DNA of 64,000 nucleotides from Bacillota bacterium (GTDB lineage: Bacteria; Bacillota; Sulfobacillia; Fermentithermobacillales; Fermentithermobacillaceae): NCBI GenBank assembly GCA_033809515.1, contig JAPXLN010000006.1:15186-79185 (forward strand), written 5' to 3'. Every line of letters begins with the position of its first letter. The first letter of the stretch is position 1. The position numbers were made by a program, and so were the translations under genes. Below are positions 51,150 through 61,856 of this stretch, piece after piece. The notes below the pieces were generated by a model. That model did no database searches and was not told where the DNA came from. It saw only the letters and a program-made list of their open reading frames with translations.

Positions 51150-53027
51150 ATGTCCAGGACCTATTTTGACCCTGAGCTTATAGAGGAGATACGGGCAAGA
51201 GCTGATATAGTAGCTGTTATTTCTGAGCATGTCAGGCTGAAAAAAACCGGCAGAAACTATGTAGGGCTTTGCCCTTTTCACCAGGAGAAGACCCCCTCCT
51301 TCAATGTAGACCCCGACAAGCAGTTTTACTATTGCTTTGGGTGCGGCGCCGGAGGCGATGTTTTCGCTTTTCTCATGAAAGGGCAGGGCCTTTCGTTCCC
51401 TGAGGCAGTCATAGCTTTGGCCCAGAGAACAGGGGTCAGCCTTCCGCCGCCTAGGATGACCCCTGAGGATGATGCAAGAGCCCGTCAGAGGAAGAAGCTT
51501 CTTTCGGTCCTGGAGTTTGCCGGGGAGAAGTACAGGGAGTACCTTTTTTCACGGGCCGGAGCGGATGCGCTTTCGTATTTGGAGGGGCGGGGCCTTTCAC
51601 GTGAAACCATCGAGAAGTTTCAGTTAGGCGCTTGCCCTGACAGATGGGATTACATTGCTGAGTCTGCAGGCAGAGCCGGCTTTGACCTGTCAGATTTTGA
51701 GACGGCCGGACTGCTCGTGAAGCGTGCCGGCGGCAGCTACTACGACAGGTTCAGGCACAGGGTTATGTTTCCTGTCTGGGACGGGCGGGGCACGTTAATT
51801 GCGTTTGCCGGGCGAGCTCTTGGCGGTGATCCGGCCAAATATCTGAATGCTCCGGAAACACCCCTTTTCCACAAAGGCAGGGAGCTTTACGCCCTGAACC
51901 TGGCAAAACCTTCTATAAGGCTCTCGGGCAGGGTTCTCCTAATGGAAGGGTACATGGATGTTGTCACAGCTTTTCAGCATGGCATAGACTATGCAGTTGC
52001 GTGTATGGGTACGGCGCTGACAGATCACCAGGCCAGAACGATCCTTCTCCTTGCCGAACAAGTGGTTTTGGCCTACGACTGGGATGAAGCTGGAAAGAGG
52101 GCTGTCAGACGCGCTATTGACATTTTCAGAGAAGCCGGTGGGAAGACCGCTGTCTTGATGTTGGACGGTGCAAAAGACCCTGATGCTTTTCTGAGGGAAC
52201 GCGGTGCCCGGGAGTTCATTGACAAGATACATAATGCTCATGCTGACATACGCTTCATATACGAAGAGGCCAGAAACCTGGGTGATGTGGCGCGAACTGA
52301 GGGCAAACTCGAGGTAGCAGAGGCTATGGTGCCGGTCTTGGCCTCCCTTGAGAGCAACCTTGAGCGAACCGTTTACGTAGAGGAGATAGCAAGGGATCTT
52401 GGGATCCGGAAGGAGTCTTTGGACAAGGATGTCGAATTGTATAGAAGGCAGATGTCGCCGGCCCCAAAGTATAAAAAGTCTGAAAACAGGGATACTACTG
52501 GTTATGACAACCAGAGAGTGTCTGATAATGTAAGTTCAGGGCAAAAGCAATCGATCAAGGCAGGATCCGGGTACCTGGATGGCGAACTTGGTATATCTCG
52601 GAGGAGAGCCGAAGAAGGTATTGTCAGGTGCCTGCTTGAGGAGCCGGGGCTGACCGGATGGGTTGAGGCAAACGTTCGCGGCGGTTTTTTGGATGAGAAT
52701 TGCGCCCGGGCATTTGGCGCACTCTCAAGTGGTCCGGTGAGCTCGATTAGAGATGAGAAGACGCTTGCATGGTTGGCAGAATTGTGCGTACGCTTTGGCC
52801 CTGTGGAAGATGCAAAGAGAATATTGACAGATTGTCTTAGAAGGTTGAGAGAGGTCCGCCTGGCTGAGCTGCGGGACCAGATGGCAATAGCTGAGCGCAG
52901 AAACGATGCCCGTGCGTTTGAGCTGCTTGAGGAGTACCAGAAGCTCTTGAAGGAAGTGAAATCCAAGGGGGAAGACGGTGACGGACCTGCCGCCCCAGGT
53001 GATTTCCTCAGGAGGGAAGAGGTTTGA
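51150..53027 (+). CDS. dnaG: DNA primase DnaG (start ATG 51150; the ORF-track start 51027 is an upstream extension)
   Basis: Zinc ribbon [30 protein letters not shown], a TOPRIM domain, and a C-terminal helicase-interaction domain. Confidence 0.9.
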   Translation: MSRTYFDPELIEEIRARADIVAVISEHVRLKKTGRNYVGLCPFHQEKTPSFNVDPDKQFYYCFGCGAGGDVFAFLMKGQGLSFPEAVIALAQRTGVSLPPPRMTPEDDARARQRKKLLSVLEFAGEKYREYLFSRAGADALSYLEGRGLSRETIEKFQLGACPDRWDYIAESAGRAGFDLSDFETAGLLVKRAGGSYYDRFRHRVMFPVWDGRGTLIAFAGRALGGDPAKYLNAPETPLFHKGRELYALNLAKPSIRLSGRVLLMEGYMDVVTAFQHGIDYAVACMGTALTDHQARTILLLAEQVVLAYDWDEAGKRAVRRAIDIFREAGGKTAVLMLDGAKDPDAFLRERGAREFIDKIHNAHADIRFIYEEARNLGDVARTEGKLEVAEAMVPVLASLESNLERTVYVEEIARDLGIRKESLDKDVELYRRQMSPAPKYKKSENRDTTGYDNQRVSDNVSSGQKQSIKAGSGYLDGELGISRRRAEEGIVRCLLEEPGLTGWVEANVRGGFLDENCARAFGALSSGPVSSIRDEKTLAWLAELCVRFGPVEDAKRILTDCLRRLREVRLAELRDQMAIAERRNDARAFELLEEYQKLLKEVKSKGEDGDGPAAPGDFLRREEV

Positions 53028-54292
53028 AGGAACTGCATGAGGGCATGGATACAATAGGGCAGTTGATAGCGGCTGGAAAGAAGAAGGGCTATTTGACGTA
53101 CAACGAGATCGCTGACACCCTTCACCATCTTGATCTCAATGCCCAGCAGATCGATGACGTATATAAGACGTGCTACGATTTGGGGATCGAAATCGTAGGA
53201 AGCAAGACATCACCTACTGCAGCTTCAGGAGTGCGTACCAGGGGTCGGGTTGTCAGACTGGCCGGCGAGACTGAAGACGATGCTGAAGATGACGCTGAAC
53301 ACGACGCTTCCGGTGATCCCGGAGACGATCGGCACGACCAGCAGCGGGACGATCCTCCTGCAGAAGCTGTATTCGCTGATAAGGATGAGTCTTCCGGGGA
53401 AGTCGCCGAAGGCGAGGCCGCTGAAGATGGTTCGGATACAGCTATTGCAGTGCCTCAAAGTGTAGCTTTGGATGATCCGGTCAGAATGTACCTGAAGGAG
53501 ATCGGCCGGGTTTCGCTTTTGACAGCTGAAGAGGAAGTGGAACTGGCCAAGCGGATGGAGATGGGTGATAAGGAGGCCAAGAGCCGCCTTATCGAGGCAA
53601 ACCTCAGATTGGTGGTGTCTATCGCCAAGCGCTATGTTGGCCGGGGTATGCAGTTTCTTGATCTGATTCAGGAAGGCAACATGGGTCTCATAAAAGCTGT
53701 GGAGAAGTTTGATTACAGAAAAGGGTACAAGCTTTCAACCTACGCAACCTGGTGGATTAGGCAGGCCATTACAAGAGCTATAGCTGACCAGGCCCGGACC
53801 ATAAGGATTCCTGTACATATGGTGGAAACCATAAACAAGCTTATTCGGACGTCTCGACACCTTGTACAGGAACTGGGCAGAGAGCCTACACCGGAGGAGA
53901 TTGCCGAGGAGATGGGGATCACCCCTGAAAAAGTTCGGGAGATCCTGAAAATCGCACAGGAACCGGTTTCCCTGGAAACGCCTATTGGCGAGGAGGAAGA
54001 CAGTCACCTGGGTGATTTCATCGAGGACGAGGACGCTCTGGCTCCCGTGGAAGCAGCTTCTTTTCTGCTCTTGAAGGAGCAGATCGAGGAAGTGCTTGAT
54101 ACACTGAATGACAGAGAACAGAAAGTCTTGAGATTGCGCTTTGGCCTTGATGACGGCAAAGCAAGAACCCTTGAAGAAGTGGGTCGTGAGTTTGGAGTGA
54201 CACGGGAACGAATTAGGCAGATTGAGGCCAAAGCTCTGAGAAAACTACGACATCCTCAGAGAAGTAAGAGGCTAAAAGACTACTTGATGTAA
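53024..54292 (+). CDS. sigA: RNA polymerase primary sigma factor SigA/RpoD
   Basis: Regions 1.2-4.2 are present: [42 protein letters not shown] and [27 protein letters not shown] start 9 nt after AGGAGG. Confidence 0.95.
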   Translation: MKELHEGMDTIGQLIAAGKKKGYLTYNEIADTLHHLDLNAQQIDDVYKTCYDLGIEIVGSKTSPTAASGVRTRGRVVRLAGETEDDAEDDAEHDASGDPGDDRHDQQRDDPPAEAVFADKDESSGEVAEGEAAEDGSDTAIAVPQSVALDDPVRMYLKEIGRVSLLTAEEEVELAKRMEMGDKEAKSRLIEANLRLVVSIAKRYVGRGMQFLDLIQEGNMGLIKAVEKFDYRKGYKLSTYATWWIRQAITRAIADQARTIRIPVHMVETINKLIRTSRHLVQELGREPTPEEIAEEMGITPEKVREILKIAQEPVSLETPIGEEEDSHLGDFIEDEDALAPVEAASFLLLKEQIEEVLDTLNDREQKVLRLRFGLDDGKARTLEEVGREFGVTRERIRQIEAKALRKLRHPQRSKRLKDYLM

Positions 54293-54949
54293 ATGGCAAC
54301 CGCGAACCGTAATCACATGAGCGAAGCAGAGCATCCAGTCCCCCGGGGAGAGCTCGAGGGACTGGTGCCTTTGTCTTCCATCTTCTCAAGCTTCTTTAAG
54401 ATAGGAGCTTTTACTTTTGGGGGAGGGTGGGCAATGGTACCCTTAATCCAGAAGGAGTTGGTATCCCACAGGAAGTGGTTGGAAGACGAAGAGTTCTTGG
54501 ACATGCTTGCAGTTGCCCAGAGCAGTCCCGGCCCCATTGCTATCAACACATCGGTTATCACCGGCTACAAAATGAGGAGATTTCCCGGGGCGGTAGTAGC
54601 TATGCTGGGTTCTGCTCTCCCTTCTTTCTTGGTTATCCTCGCGTTGGCCGGATTGCTGCTGAAGTTCAAGACCATGCCATTGATCGAGGCCGCCTTCAAA
54701 GGCATGCGGCCTGTCATCTTCGGCCTGCTGGTCAGCGCCATGTGGCAGGCGGGAAAGAGCACCATAAAAAGCAGGGAGGATGTAGTAGCGCTCCTTTTGG
54801 CTGCAGTGCTCCTTTTGGGCTTTGGGCTGAACCCCATTTTGGTGGTGTTGGCAGGCGCCGCAGTTGGCATAGCCCGGGGTCTTTGGCGAAGAAGGGGCCA
54901 GACAGACTCCAAAGATGCTGCCCGGAGCGATCCAGGAGGGGGTTCATAG
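54293..54949 (+). CDS. chrA: chromate transporter ChrA-family, short N-terminal-type subunit; start uncertain (alternative ATG 54317)
   Basis: FKIGAFTFGGGWAMVPLIQKELV...SPGPIAINTSVITGY is a CHR-family signature. Confidence 0.7.
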   Translation: MATANRNHMSEAEHPVPRGELEGLVPLSSIFSSFFKIGAFTFGGGWAMVPLIQKELVSHRKWLEDEEFLDMLAVAQSSPGPIAINTSVITGYKMRRFPGAVVAMLGSALPSFLVILALAGLLLKFKTMPLIEAAFKGMRPVIFGLLVSAMWQAGKSTIKSREDVVALLLAAVLLLGFGLNPILVVLAGAAVGIARGLWRRRGQTDSKDAARSDPGGGS

Positions 54950-55471
54950 GTGATCCTTCGAGAAGTGTTCCTGACTTTCTTCAAGATCGGCGCCTTTAGC
55001 TTCGGAGGCGGTTATGCCATGCTTCCCCTAATATCTGCCGAGGTTGTAGATGCGCGAAACTGGCTTTCCATGTCAGAGTTCATCGATGTCATTGCCATTT
55101 CCCAGGGCACTCCAGGTCCTATAGCTATTAATGCCGCCACTTACGTTGGTTATAAGGTGGCCGGGCCCCTCGGGTCCCTTGTAGCTACTTCCGGTGTGGT
55201 GCTTCCCTCTTTGATAATCATGACCATTCTGGGAAGTCTTTTTCTGAGGTTCAGAAAGCTCACCGCAGCTCAGGACATGTTCAGCGGAATTCGGCCGGTA
55301 GTGGTAGCTCTCATAGCCAGAGCTGCTTTTTCGGTGCTTCCTTCATCGGTCACGGGCATACTATCCGGGGTACTGGCAGCAGGAACCGTTGTCGCCATGG
55401 TTGTGTTTGAGGCAAACCCAATAGTTCTTCTGGCAGCAGCCGGCGTATTGGGCGTCATCATGTACAGGTAG
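54950..55471 (+). CDS. chrA: chromate transporter ChrA-family, short C-terminal-type subunit
   Basis: FKIGAFSFGGGYAMLPLISAEVV...TPGPIAINAATYVGY. GTG start after GGAGGGGG. Confidence 0.75.
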   Translation: MILREVFLTFFKIGAFSFGGGYAMLPLISAEVVDARNWLSMSEFIDVIAISQGTPGPIAINAATYVGYKVAGPLGSLVATSGVVLPSLIIMTILGSLFLRFRKLTAAQDMFSGIRPVVVALIARAAFSVLPSSVTGILSGVLAAGTVVAMVVFEANPIVLLAAAGVLGVIMYR

Positions 55472-55483
55472 GTCATGACGACT

Positions 55484-55514
55484 CATTGGGATAGTTCGGG
55501 AATACAGGGTATAA
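55484..55514 (+). promoter_or_regulatory. candidate sigma-A promoter of the gap operon: TTGGGA, 18-nt spacer, TATAAT
   Basis: Seen in the sequence ~60 nt upstream of gap. RBS AGGAGGT precedes the ATG. Confidence 0.45.
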
Positions 55515-55571
55515 TGAGGCCGGACTCGAGAAGTCTGAGCAAAATGGTAGGAACTAGGAGGTACATAGTAA

Positions 55572-56576
55572 ATGGTTAGGGTAGGTATCAACGGCTTTGG
55601 GAGCATCGGGAGGCGGTTTCTTAGGGCTTCTGCCGGTCAGAACGAATTCGAGATCGTTGCTGTAAACGACCTCACCGATCCGGGTACATTAGCTCATCTT
55701 CTTAAGTATGACACGAACTATGGGACAATGAAGGCAGATGTCCGGCACAGCGGTGAGGCGCTCTTGGTTGACGGTCGCGAGATTCGCGTGCTGTCTGAAC
55801 GTGATCCGGCAAATCTCCCCTGGAAGGCCCTGGGGGTTGACATTGTGGTTGAGTCTACCGGAAGGTTCACTCAGAAGGAGAAAGCTTACGCTCACATTTC
55901 GCCTGCAGGCGCCAAGAAGGTCATAATCTCCGCTCCTGCGAAAAACGAAGACATTACCATTGTTATGGGTGTCAACCACGACAAGTACGACCCGGCGGCC
56001 CATAATGTGATTTCTAACGCATCCTGCACTACCAATGCTCTTGCACCGGTGGCCAAAGTGCTTGACGACTCCTTCGGCATACAAGAAGGGCTCATGACGA
56101 CTATCCACGCTTATACCAACGACCAGGTGACCTTGGACTTCCCTCATAAGGACCTTAGAAGGGGCCGGGCAGCAGCTGTTAACATGATTCCCACCACAAC
56201 CGGTGCTGCCAGGGCTATTAGCCTGGTGCTCCCGCACCTGCAAGGGAAACTTAACGGTATGGCTTTCAGGGTTCCTGTTCCGGCTGTCTCTGCAGTGGAC
56301 CTGGTAGTAACGGTCAAGGATGCTGCCAGCGCAGAAGAAGTGAACAAGGCAATGGAGAAGGCATCCAAGGGCGAGCTTGCGGGCATACTTGGCATCTCTT
56401 ATGAGCCGCTGGTTTCCTCCGACCACAAAGGGATGAAGGAATCTTCAGTAGTGGATGCACTGTCAACTCAGGCAGTGGGTCACCTTGTGAAAGTAATCGC
56501 CTGGTACGACAACGAGTGGGGCTACAGTGAGAGGCTTGTTGATCTGGTGAAGTTTGTGGCCGCCAAGGGTCTATGA
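55572..56576 (+). CDS. gap: glyceraldehyde-3-phosphate dehydrogenase
   Basis: VRVGINGFGSIGRR and the active-site motif SNASCTTNALAP. Confidence 0.95.
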   Translation: MVRVGINGFGSIGRRFLRASAGQNEFEIVAVNDLTDPGTLAHLLKYDTNYGTMKADVRHSGEALLVDGREIRVLSERDPANLPWKALGVDIVVESTGRFTQKEKAYAHISPAGAKKVIISAPAKNEDITIVMGVNHDKYDPAAHNVISNASCTTNALAPVAKVLDDSFGIQEGLMTTIHAYTNDQVTLDFPHKDLRRGRAAAVNMIPTTTGAARAISLVLPHLQGKLNGMAFRVPVPAVSAVDLVVTVKDAASAEEVNKAMEKASKGELAGILGISYEPLVSSDHKGMKESSVVDALSTQAVGHLVKVIAWYDNEWGYSERLVDLVKFVAAKGL

Positions 56577-56598
56577 CCTGAAAGGTGGCATATGGGAT

Positions 56599-57795
56599 AT
56601 GTCTAAGGCTGTTACCAAGGCTTCAGTTAAGGACGCTGTAGTTGAAGGAATGAGGTGTCTTTGCAGGGTGGACTACAATGTCCCCTTGAGAGGAGACACT
56701 ATCACCGACGATACCAGGATCAAAGCTTCGCTGCCGACCGTAAGATATCTGGTAGAAAACGATGCCAGGGTTATCCTTATGTCCCACCTGGGAAGGCCCG
56801 GCGGGACAATCGTTGACGGTCTCAGACTTGATCCCGTGGCGCGCAAGCTGTCAGAGCTCCTTGGCGAGGACGTTCTGAAACTCGATGATTGCACCGGCGC
56901 TCAGGTTGAAGCCAGGGTGGCGCGGATGAAGCCGGGCGATGTGGTTCTTCTTGAAAACCTCAGATTTCACCCCGAAGAAGAGAAGAATGACCCTGGTTTT
57001 GCACAGGCCCTTGCATCTCTGGGCGATGTCTATGTCAACGATGCTTTCGGCACCGCTCACCGCGCCCATGCGTCAACGGCGGGAGTGGCGGCGTTTCTTC
57101 CGGCCTACGCAGGGTTTCTCATGCAAAAAGAGATTGAAGCTTTGACCAAACTCCTTATTGAACCGGCAAGACCCTTCGTGGCCCTAATAGGCGGCGCCAA
57201 AGTCTCAGACAAGCTGGGAATTCTGTCTAACCTCCTCGATATAGTGGACAGCCTTCTCATCGGCGGCGGAATGGCCAATACATTCCTGCTGGCTGAAGGC
57301 TATGAGGTAGGGAACTCCCTTTGTGAACCGGGGCTTGTAGAAGACGCTCGGGCAGTCATTGACAAAGCTCGCAGACTCGGGAGAGTTTTGCTCTTGCCCG
57401 AGGACGTGGTGTTAGCTTCTGAACCAAAGCAAGGGTCTATTATGAGTATTGCCCCGGCACGGCAGATACAGGCCGGCCTTATGGCTTTGGACATTGGCCC
57501 GTTGACACGAAAGACCTTCTGCAATGCCCTTTCCGGGGCCGGGACCATTTTTTGGAACGGCCCCATGGGTGTTTTCGAAATGGAAGACTTCAGGGGAGGA
57601 ACCATGGAGATGGCCGCTGCCGTCGCCGCATGCAAAGGCTTTACAGTTGTCGGCGGCGGTGACTCCCTTGCCGCAGTAGAGATGTCTGGGTTAGCCGGCA
57701 AAATAAGTCACCTGTCAACAGGCGGCGGAGCTTCCCTTGAGTTTCTGGAGGGAAAGGATCTCCCCGGAGTCATTGCTCTTAAGGATAAGCGTTGA
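56599..57795 (+). CDS. pgk: phosphoglycerate kinase (ATG 56599 after AAAGGTGG; the ORF-track 56554 is an extension overlapping gap)
   Basis: RVDYNVPL and the typical PGK hinge/ATP motifs. Confidence 0.95.
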   Translation: MSKAVTKASVKDAVVEGMRCLCRVDYNVPLRGDTITDDTRIKASLPTVRYLVENDARVILMSHLGRPGGTIVDGLRLDPVARKLSELLGEDVLKLDDCTGAQVEARVARMKPGDVVLLENLRFHPEEEKNDPGFAQALASLGDVYVNDAFGTAHRAHASTAGVAAFLPAYAGFLMQKEIEALTKLLIEPARPFVALIGGAKVSDKLGILSNLLDIVDSLLIGGGMANTFLLAEGYEVGNSLCEPGLVEDARAVIDKARRLGRVLLLPEDVVLASEPKQGSIMSIAPARQIQAGLMALDIGPLTRKTFCNALSGAGTIFWNGPMGVFEMEDFRGGTMEMAAAVAACKGFTVVGGGDSLAAVEMSGLAGKISHLSTGGGASLEFLEGKDLPGVIALKDKR

Positions 57796-57807
57796 AAAGG
57801 AGAGACC

Positions 57808-58596
57808 GTGATGCGTACGCCACTTTTGGCCGCAAACTGGAAAATGAACAAGACCATAGAAGAGGCTTTGCAGTTTGTCGGCCCGTTTTTGCAGGCAGCT
57901 AACGCTGAAGAAGGCAAGGGCCTATGGCCCGAGATTCTCATATGCCCTCCTTTTACTGCCTTGCCTGCCCTTTCGGCGGCCCTGGCAGAGAGTTCAGTGG
58001 GTCTTGGCGGACAGGATGTGTTCTGGGAGAAGCAGGGAGCTTTTACCGGAGAGATCTCTCCGGGGATGCTTAAGGATGCCGGGTGCACCTATGTCATAGT
58101 AGGCCATTCAGAGCGCCGGCACCTCCTAGGCGAGACAGATGAGATGGTTGAAGCAAAGGTCAGAGCAGCTTTGAATGAAGGTCTCCGTCCGGTAATCTGC
58201 GTAGGTGAGACCCTGGAAGAAAGAGAAAAGGGTGACACTTACGAGGTGTGTCGCAGGATGACCCGGCTGGGTCTGGCCGGAGTCAAGCCTGATGAAGCAT
58301 CATCTGTGGTCATGGCCTATGAGCCTGTCTGGGCCATAGGGACCGGCAAAGAAGCAAAGCCTGAAGATGCGGGAAAAGTTGTTCGTCACATAAGGGAGAC
58401 CGTTGACGCAGTTTTGGGGCCCGGAGGGTCAGCTCAAGTGCGAGTTCTCTATGGCGGCAGCGTCAAATCCGCCAACATAAGGCAGTTCATGCTTGACGAA
58501 GACATTGACGGTGCTCTTGTAGGAGGAGCCAGCTTGGATCCTGTGGAGTTTGCCCGTATAGCATCTGAGATTCGGAAGGTGAGGCCGCCCCGATGA
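57808..58596 (+). CDS. tpiA: triosephosphate isomerase
   Basis: LLAANWKMNKT and the active-site motif AYEPVWAIGTGK. Confidence 0.95.
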   Translation: MMRTPLLAANWKMNKTIEEALQFVGPFLQAANAEEGKGLWPEILICPPFTALPALSAALAESSVGLGGQDVFWEKQGAFTGEISPGMLKDAGCTYVIVGHSERRHLLGETDEMVEAKVRAALNEGLRPVICVGETLEEREKGDTYEVCRRMTRLGLAGVKPDEASSVVMAYEPVWAIGTGKEAKPEDAGKVVRHIRETVDAVLGPGGSAQVRVLYGGSVKSANIRQFMLDEDIDGALVGGASLDPVEFARIASEIRKVRPPR

Positions 58597-60218
58597 GCTT
58601 TCGGGCCGGAAAAGCGCCCAGGCCGGTCGCCCTGGTCATCCTTGACGGATGGGGGGTATCAAAGACCAGTCCCAGCCCGGTGACGGTGGCAGATGCGCCC
58701 GTCTTCCGGGCTCTCTGGGATGCGTGTCCTCATACCCTCCTTGACGCTTCAGGGGAGGCTGTAGGGCTACGGCATGGTCAAATGGGTGACTCCAACGTAG
58801 GACACCTGAACATCGGAGCAGGACGTATTGTTTACCAGGACATTGTGAGAATAAGCCGCCACATCAGGGACGGCTCTTTTTTCTCGAACCCAGCCTTTAT
58901 GGCCGCTGTAGACAATGTCAAACGGCGGTCCTCCACTCTTCATCTGATGGGTCTTGTATCTGACGGAGGCGTCCACAGCGGTCAGGATCATCTGTATGCT
59001 CTCATTGATTTGGCAAAGAACAACGGACTCGAGAAAGTAAGGGTCCACGCTTTTCTGGATGGGCGGGACGTTCCGCCGAATTCTGCAGCTCAGTATCTTG
59101 CCGGTCTCGAGAACAAGCTTGAGACAGCAGGCGTAGGGCGCATGGCTTCCGTGATGGGCCGTTTCTACGCCATGGACCGGGATAAGCGATGGGAACGGCT
59201 GGAGAAAGCTTACAAGCTCTTGATTCGAGGCGAAGGGGATACCTTCACAGGATGGAGACAGGCTTTGGATGCTGCCTACTGCCGGGGTGAAACCGATGAG
59301 TTTGTCAGCCCGGCGGCCCTGTCTTGTGACCCTGAAGACTTTATCAATCCAGGTGATTCGGTTATCTTCTTTAATTTTAGGGCAGACAGGGCAAGGGAGA
59401 TAACCCGTGCCTTTGTGGACGATGACTTCCTGGGTTTTCCCCGCGGTCCGAAAGTCGATGTCTGCTTTTGCGGCATGGTCCGGTACGAGGAAGATCTCCC
59501 CGGGAACTACGCATACCTTCCTCTTATCCTGGACAACACCCTCGGAGAAGTGGTTTCTGCAGCAGGGCTTCGCCAGCTCAGGATAGCTGAGACCGAAAAA
59601 TACGCCCACGTGACTTTCTTTCTTAACGGCAAGAAGGACCGGCCATTTCCAGGCGAAGACCGGATTTTGGTCCCCTCTCCCAAGGAAGTGGCTACCTATG
59701 ATGAGAAACCGGAAATGAGCGCAGCGGAAGTGACAGATGCTGCCATCGAGAAAATAGCATCAGGAGAGTATGACCTCATGGTCATTAATTACGCCAATCC
59801 GGATATGGTCGGGCATACGGGGGTTTTCAAGGCCGGGGTCAAGGCTCTTGAGGCGGTGGACGCATGTCTCGGTCGTTTGGTGAGAGCGTTGCTGAACTCA
59901 GGAGGAGCAGCCCTTATGGTTGCCGATCATGGTAACATCGAGGAACTGGTTCAGGAGGCAGGCCCTTTGGCCCAGGGCCACACTTACCATTCGTCTAACC
60001 CGGTTCCCTGCATTTTGGTGGAACCCGGGGAGGTGGAGGTAGTCCTGCGCAACGCCCGGGTGTGTTTTAGCCCGGGATTGCCGGGGGCATCCGGGACAAC
60101 GCTGAAGCCGGGGATTCTGGCAGACGTGGCGCCTACAGTTCTTGACTTAATGGGCCTTGCGAAACCCCCGGAAATGGACAGGGAGACCTTAATAGTACCA
60201 CCGTTTTCAGGAAGGTGA
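58593..60218 (+). CDS. gpmI: 2,3-bisphosphoglycerate-independent phosphoglycerate mutase
   Basis: ALVILDGWG and the iPGM metal-binding regions. Length 541 aa. Confidence 0.95.
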   Translation: MSFRAGKAPRPVALVILDGWGVSKTSPSPVTVADAPVFRALWDACPHTLLDASGEAVGLRHGQMGDSNVGHLNIGAGRIVYQDIVRISRHIRDGSFFSNPAFMAAVDNVKRRSSTLHLMGLVSDGGVHSGQDHLYALIDLAKNNGLEKVRVHAFLDGRDVPPNSAAQYLAGLENKLETAGVGRMASVMGRFYAMDRDKRWERLEKAYKLLIRGEGDTFTGWRQALDAAYCRGETDEFVSPAALSCDPEDFINPGDSVIFFNFRADRAREITRAFVDDDFLGFPRGPKVDVCFCGMVRYEEDLPGNYAYLPLILDNTLGEVVSAAGLRQLRIAETEKYAHVTFFLNGKKDRPFPGEDRILVPSPKEVATYDEKPEMSAAEVTDAAIEKIASGEYDLMVINYANPDMVGHTGVFKAGVKALEAVDACLGRLVRALLNSGGAALMVADHGNIEELVQEAGPLAQGHTYHSSNPVPCILVEPGEVEVVLRNARVCFSPGLPGASGTTLKPGILADVAPTVLDLMGLAKPPEMDRETLIVPPFSGR

Positions 60219-61483
60219 TGAGTATGGCGGAAATAGTTGGTATAAAGGCAAGGCAAATTCTGGATTCCCGGGGTAATCCCACCCTGGAAGTGGACGTTTT
60301 GCTGAGCGATGGTTCCTGGGGCAGGGGGATGGTTCCTTCCGGAGCATCTACAGGCACCTATGAAGCCCTTGAACTCAGGGACAAGGAAAAGGCGTACAAC
60401 GGACGAGGAGTCAGAAAAGCGGCTGCAAATGTCAATGATATTATTGCGCCGGAGCTTGTGGGCCTTGATGCCACTGACCAGCCGCTAGTTGATAAGACCA
60501 TGATTGGGCTGGATGGCACGGCCAATAAGTCACGATTAGGAGCTAACGCAACCCTGGGAGTGTCCATGGGAGTGGCCGCTGCCGCAGCTCAATCGGCGGG
60601 CCTTCCTCTTTACCGCTACATTGGAGGAGCAGGTGCCAGGGTCCTTCCGGTCCCCTTCATGAACGTCCTTAACGGAGGACGCCATGCTGACAATAACGTG
60701 GACATACAGGAGTTCATGGTAGCGCCCGCAGGCGCAAAAAGCTTTGAGCACGGTCTTGAGATGGCTGTTGAGGTCTACCATGCTCTCAAGTCTGTTCTCA
60801 AGGGCAAAGGCTATTCCACAGCAGTAGGCGACGAAGGCGGGTTCGCGCCTAACCTGACATCAAACGAAGAGGCCCTGGAACTGCTGACGGCCTCCATTAA
60901 GAAGGCCGGGTATGTTCCGGGAAAAGACTGTTTCCTGGCTATAGATGCGGCAGCTTCCGAATTCTATCAAGACGGCAGGTACGTGCTTGAGGGAGAGAAG
61001 TGGGAAGGCCATGCCGGAGACCTGGTAAAGAAGTACCGGAATTGGGTTGGTTCATACCCTATTATCTCCATAGAGGACGGTCTTGCCGAGGACGACTGGG
61101 AAGGCTGGGTGGTCTTAACCAAAATGCTGGGAGACAGAGTTCAGATAATCGGCGACGATCTATTTGTGACCCAGCGGCAGCGAATAGAAAAAGGCATAGC
61201 TGCTGAAGCAGGCAACTCGGTTCTGATTAAGTTGAACCAGGTCGGTACGGTCACAGAGACTCTTGAAGCTATAGAAGTTGCACGCAATGCCAGATATCGC
61301 TGGATGGTATCCCATCGATCAGGTGAAACCGAAGACGCGTTTATCGCTGATTTTTCGGTTGCCCTGGGCGGAGGCCAGATCAAGTCAGGTGCGCCGTGCC
61401 GGAGCGACAGAGTCGCCAAGTACAACCAGCTACTGCGTATAGAAGAGGAACTGGGTAAGTCCTCTGTTTACGGCAAGGTCTGA
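60215..61483 (+). CDS. eno: enolase
   Basis: [22 protein letters not shown] and the active-site motif SHRSGETED. Confidence 0.95.
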   Translation: MMSMAEIVGIKARQILDSRGNPTLEVDVLLSDGSWGRGMVPSGASTGTYEALELRDKEKAYNGRGVRKAAANVNDIIAPELVGLDATDQPLVDKTMIGLDGTANKSRLGANATLGVSMGVAAAAAQSAGLPLYRYIGGAGARVLPVPFMNVLNGGRHADNNVDIQEFMVAPAGAKSFEHGLEMAVEVYHALKSVLKGKGYSTAVGDEGGFAPNLTSNEEALELLTASIKKAGYVPGKDCFLAIDAAASEFYQDGRYVLEGEKWEGHAGDLVKKYRNWVGSYPIISIEDGLAEDDWEGWVVLTKMLGDRVQIIGDDLFVTQRQRIEKGIAAEAGNSVLIKLNQVGTVTETLEAIEVARNARYRWMVSHRSGETEDAFIADFSVALGGGQIKSGAPCRSDRVAKYNQLLRIEEELGKSSVYGKV

Positions 61484-61529
61484 ACGGCTGGATTATCTAT
61501 GGCCGTGATGCTAGAATTAGTCCGAAGGA

Positions 61530-61766
61530 GTGACGGTTTTGCTGATAGCCCTTAGAATACTGCACTGGCTGGTAACCCTCGGCCTAATAGTGACAGTCAT
61601 AATGCAGCCCGGACAGAGTGCCGGATTGGGCATGATTAGCGGCGGGGCTGAGGCCTTGATGGGCCGCAGGAAGAAGGGGCTGGATGAGTTTCTGTCTAAG
61701 CTGACAGTGGTCCTGGCCATTGCTTTTGTGGTCACATCTATAGGGCTTACGATGCTGCGTCGCTGA
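61530..61766 (+). CDS. secG: preprotein translocase subunit SecG
   Basis: 78 aa with two TM segments. LIVTVIMQPGQSAGLGMISGGAEALMG is typical of SecG. Confidence 0.8.
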   Translation: MTVLLIALRILHWLVTLGLIVTVIMQPGQSAGLGMISGGAEALMGRRKKGLDEFLSKLTVVLAIAFVVTSIGLTMLRR

Positions 61767-61790
61767 AACCTGAGGGTCAACCTCACACAC

Positions 61791-61837
61791 CATAACCCGG
61801 AGACCGTGAATTTTGGGGTCAGGGTTATGTATTTTTG
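61791..61837 (+). terminator. candidate terminator after secG: 8-bp arms CATAACCC / GGGTTATG with a large loop, then TATTTTT
   Basis: Inverted repeat plus a T-run seen in the sequence. The loop is unusually long (23 nt), so confidence is low. Confidence 0.3.
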
Positions 61838-61856
61838 GGGAAAGGGGTCTTCTTAG

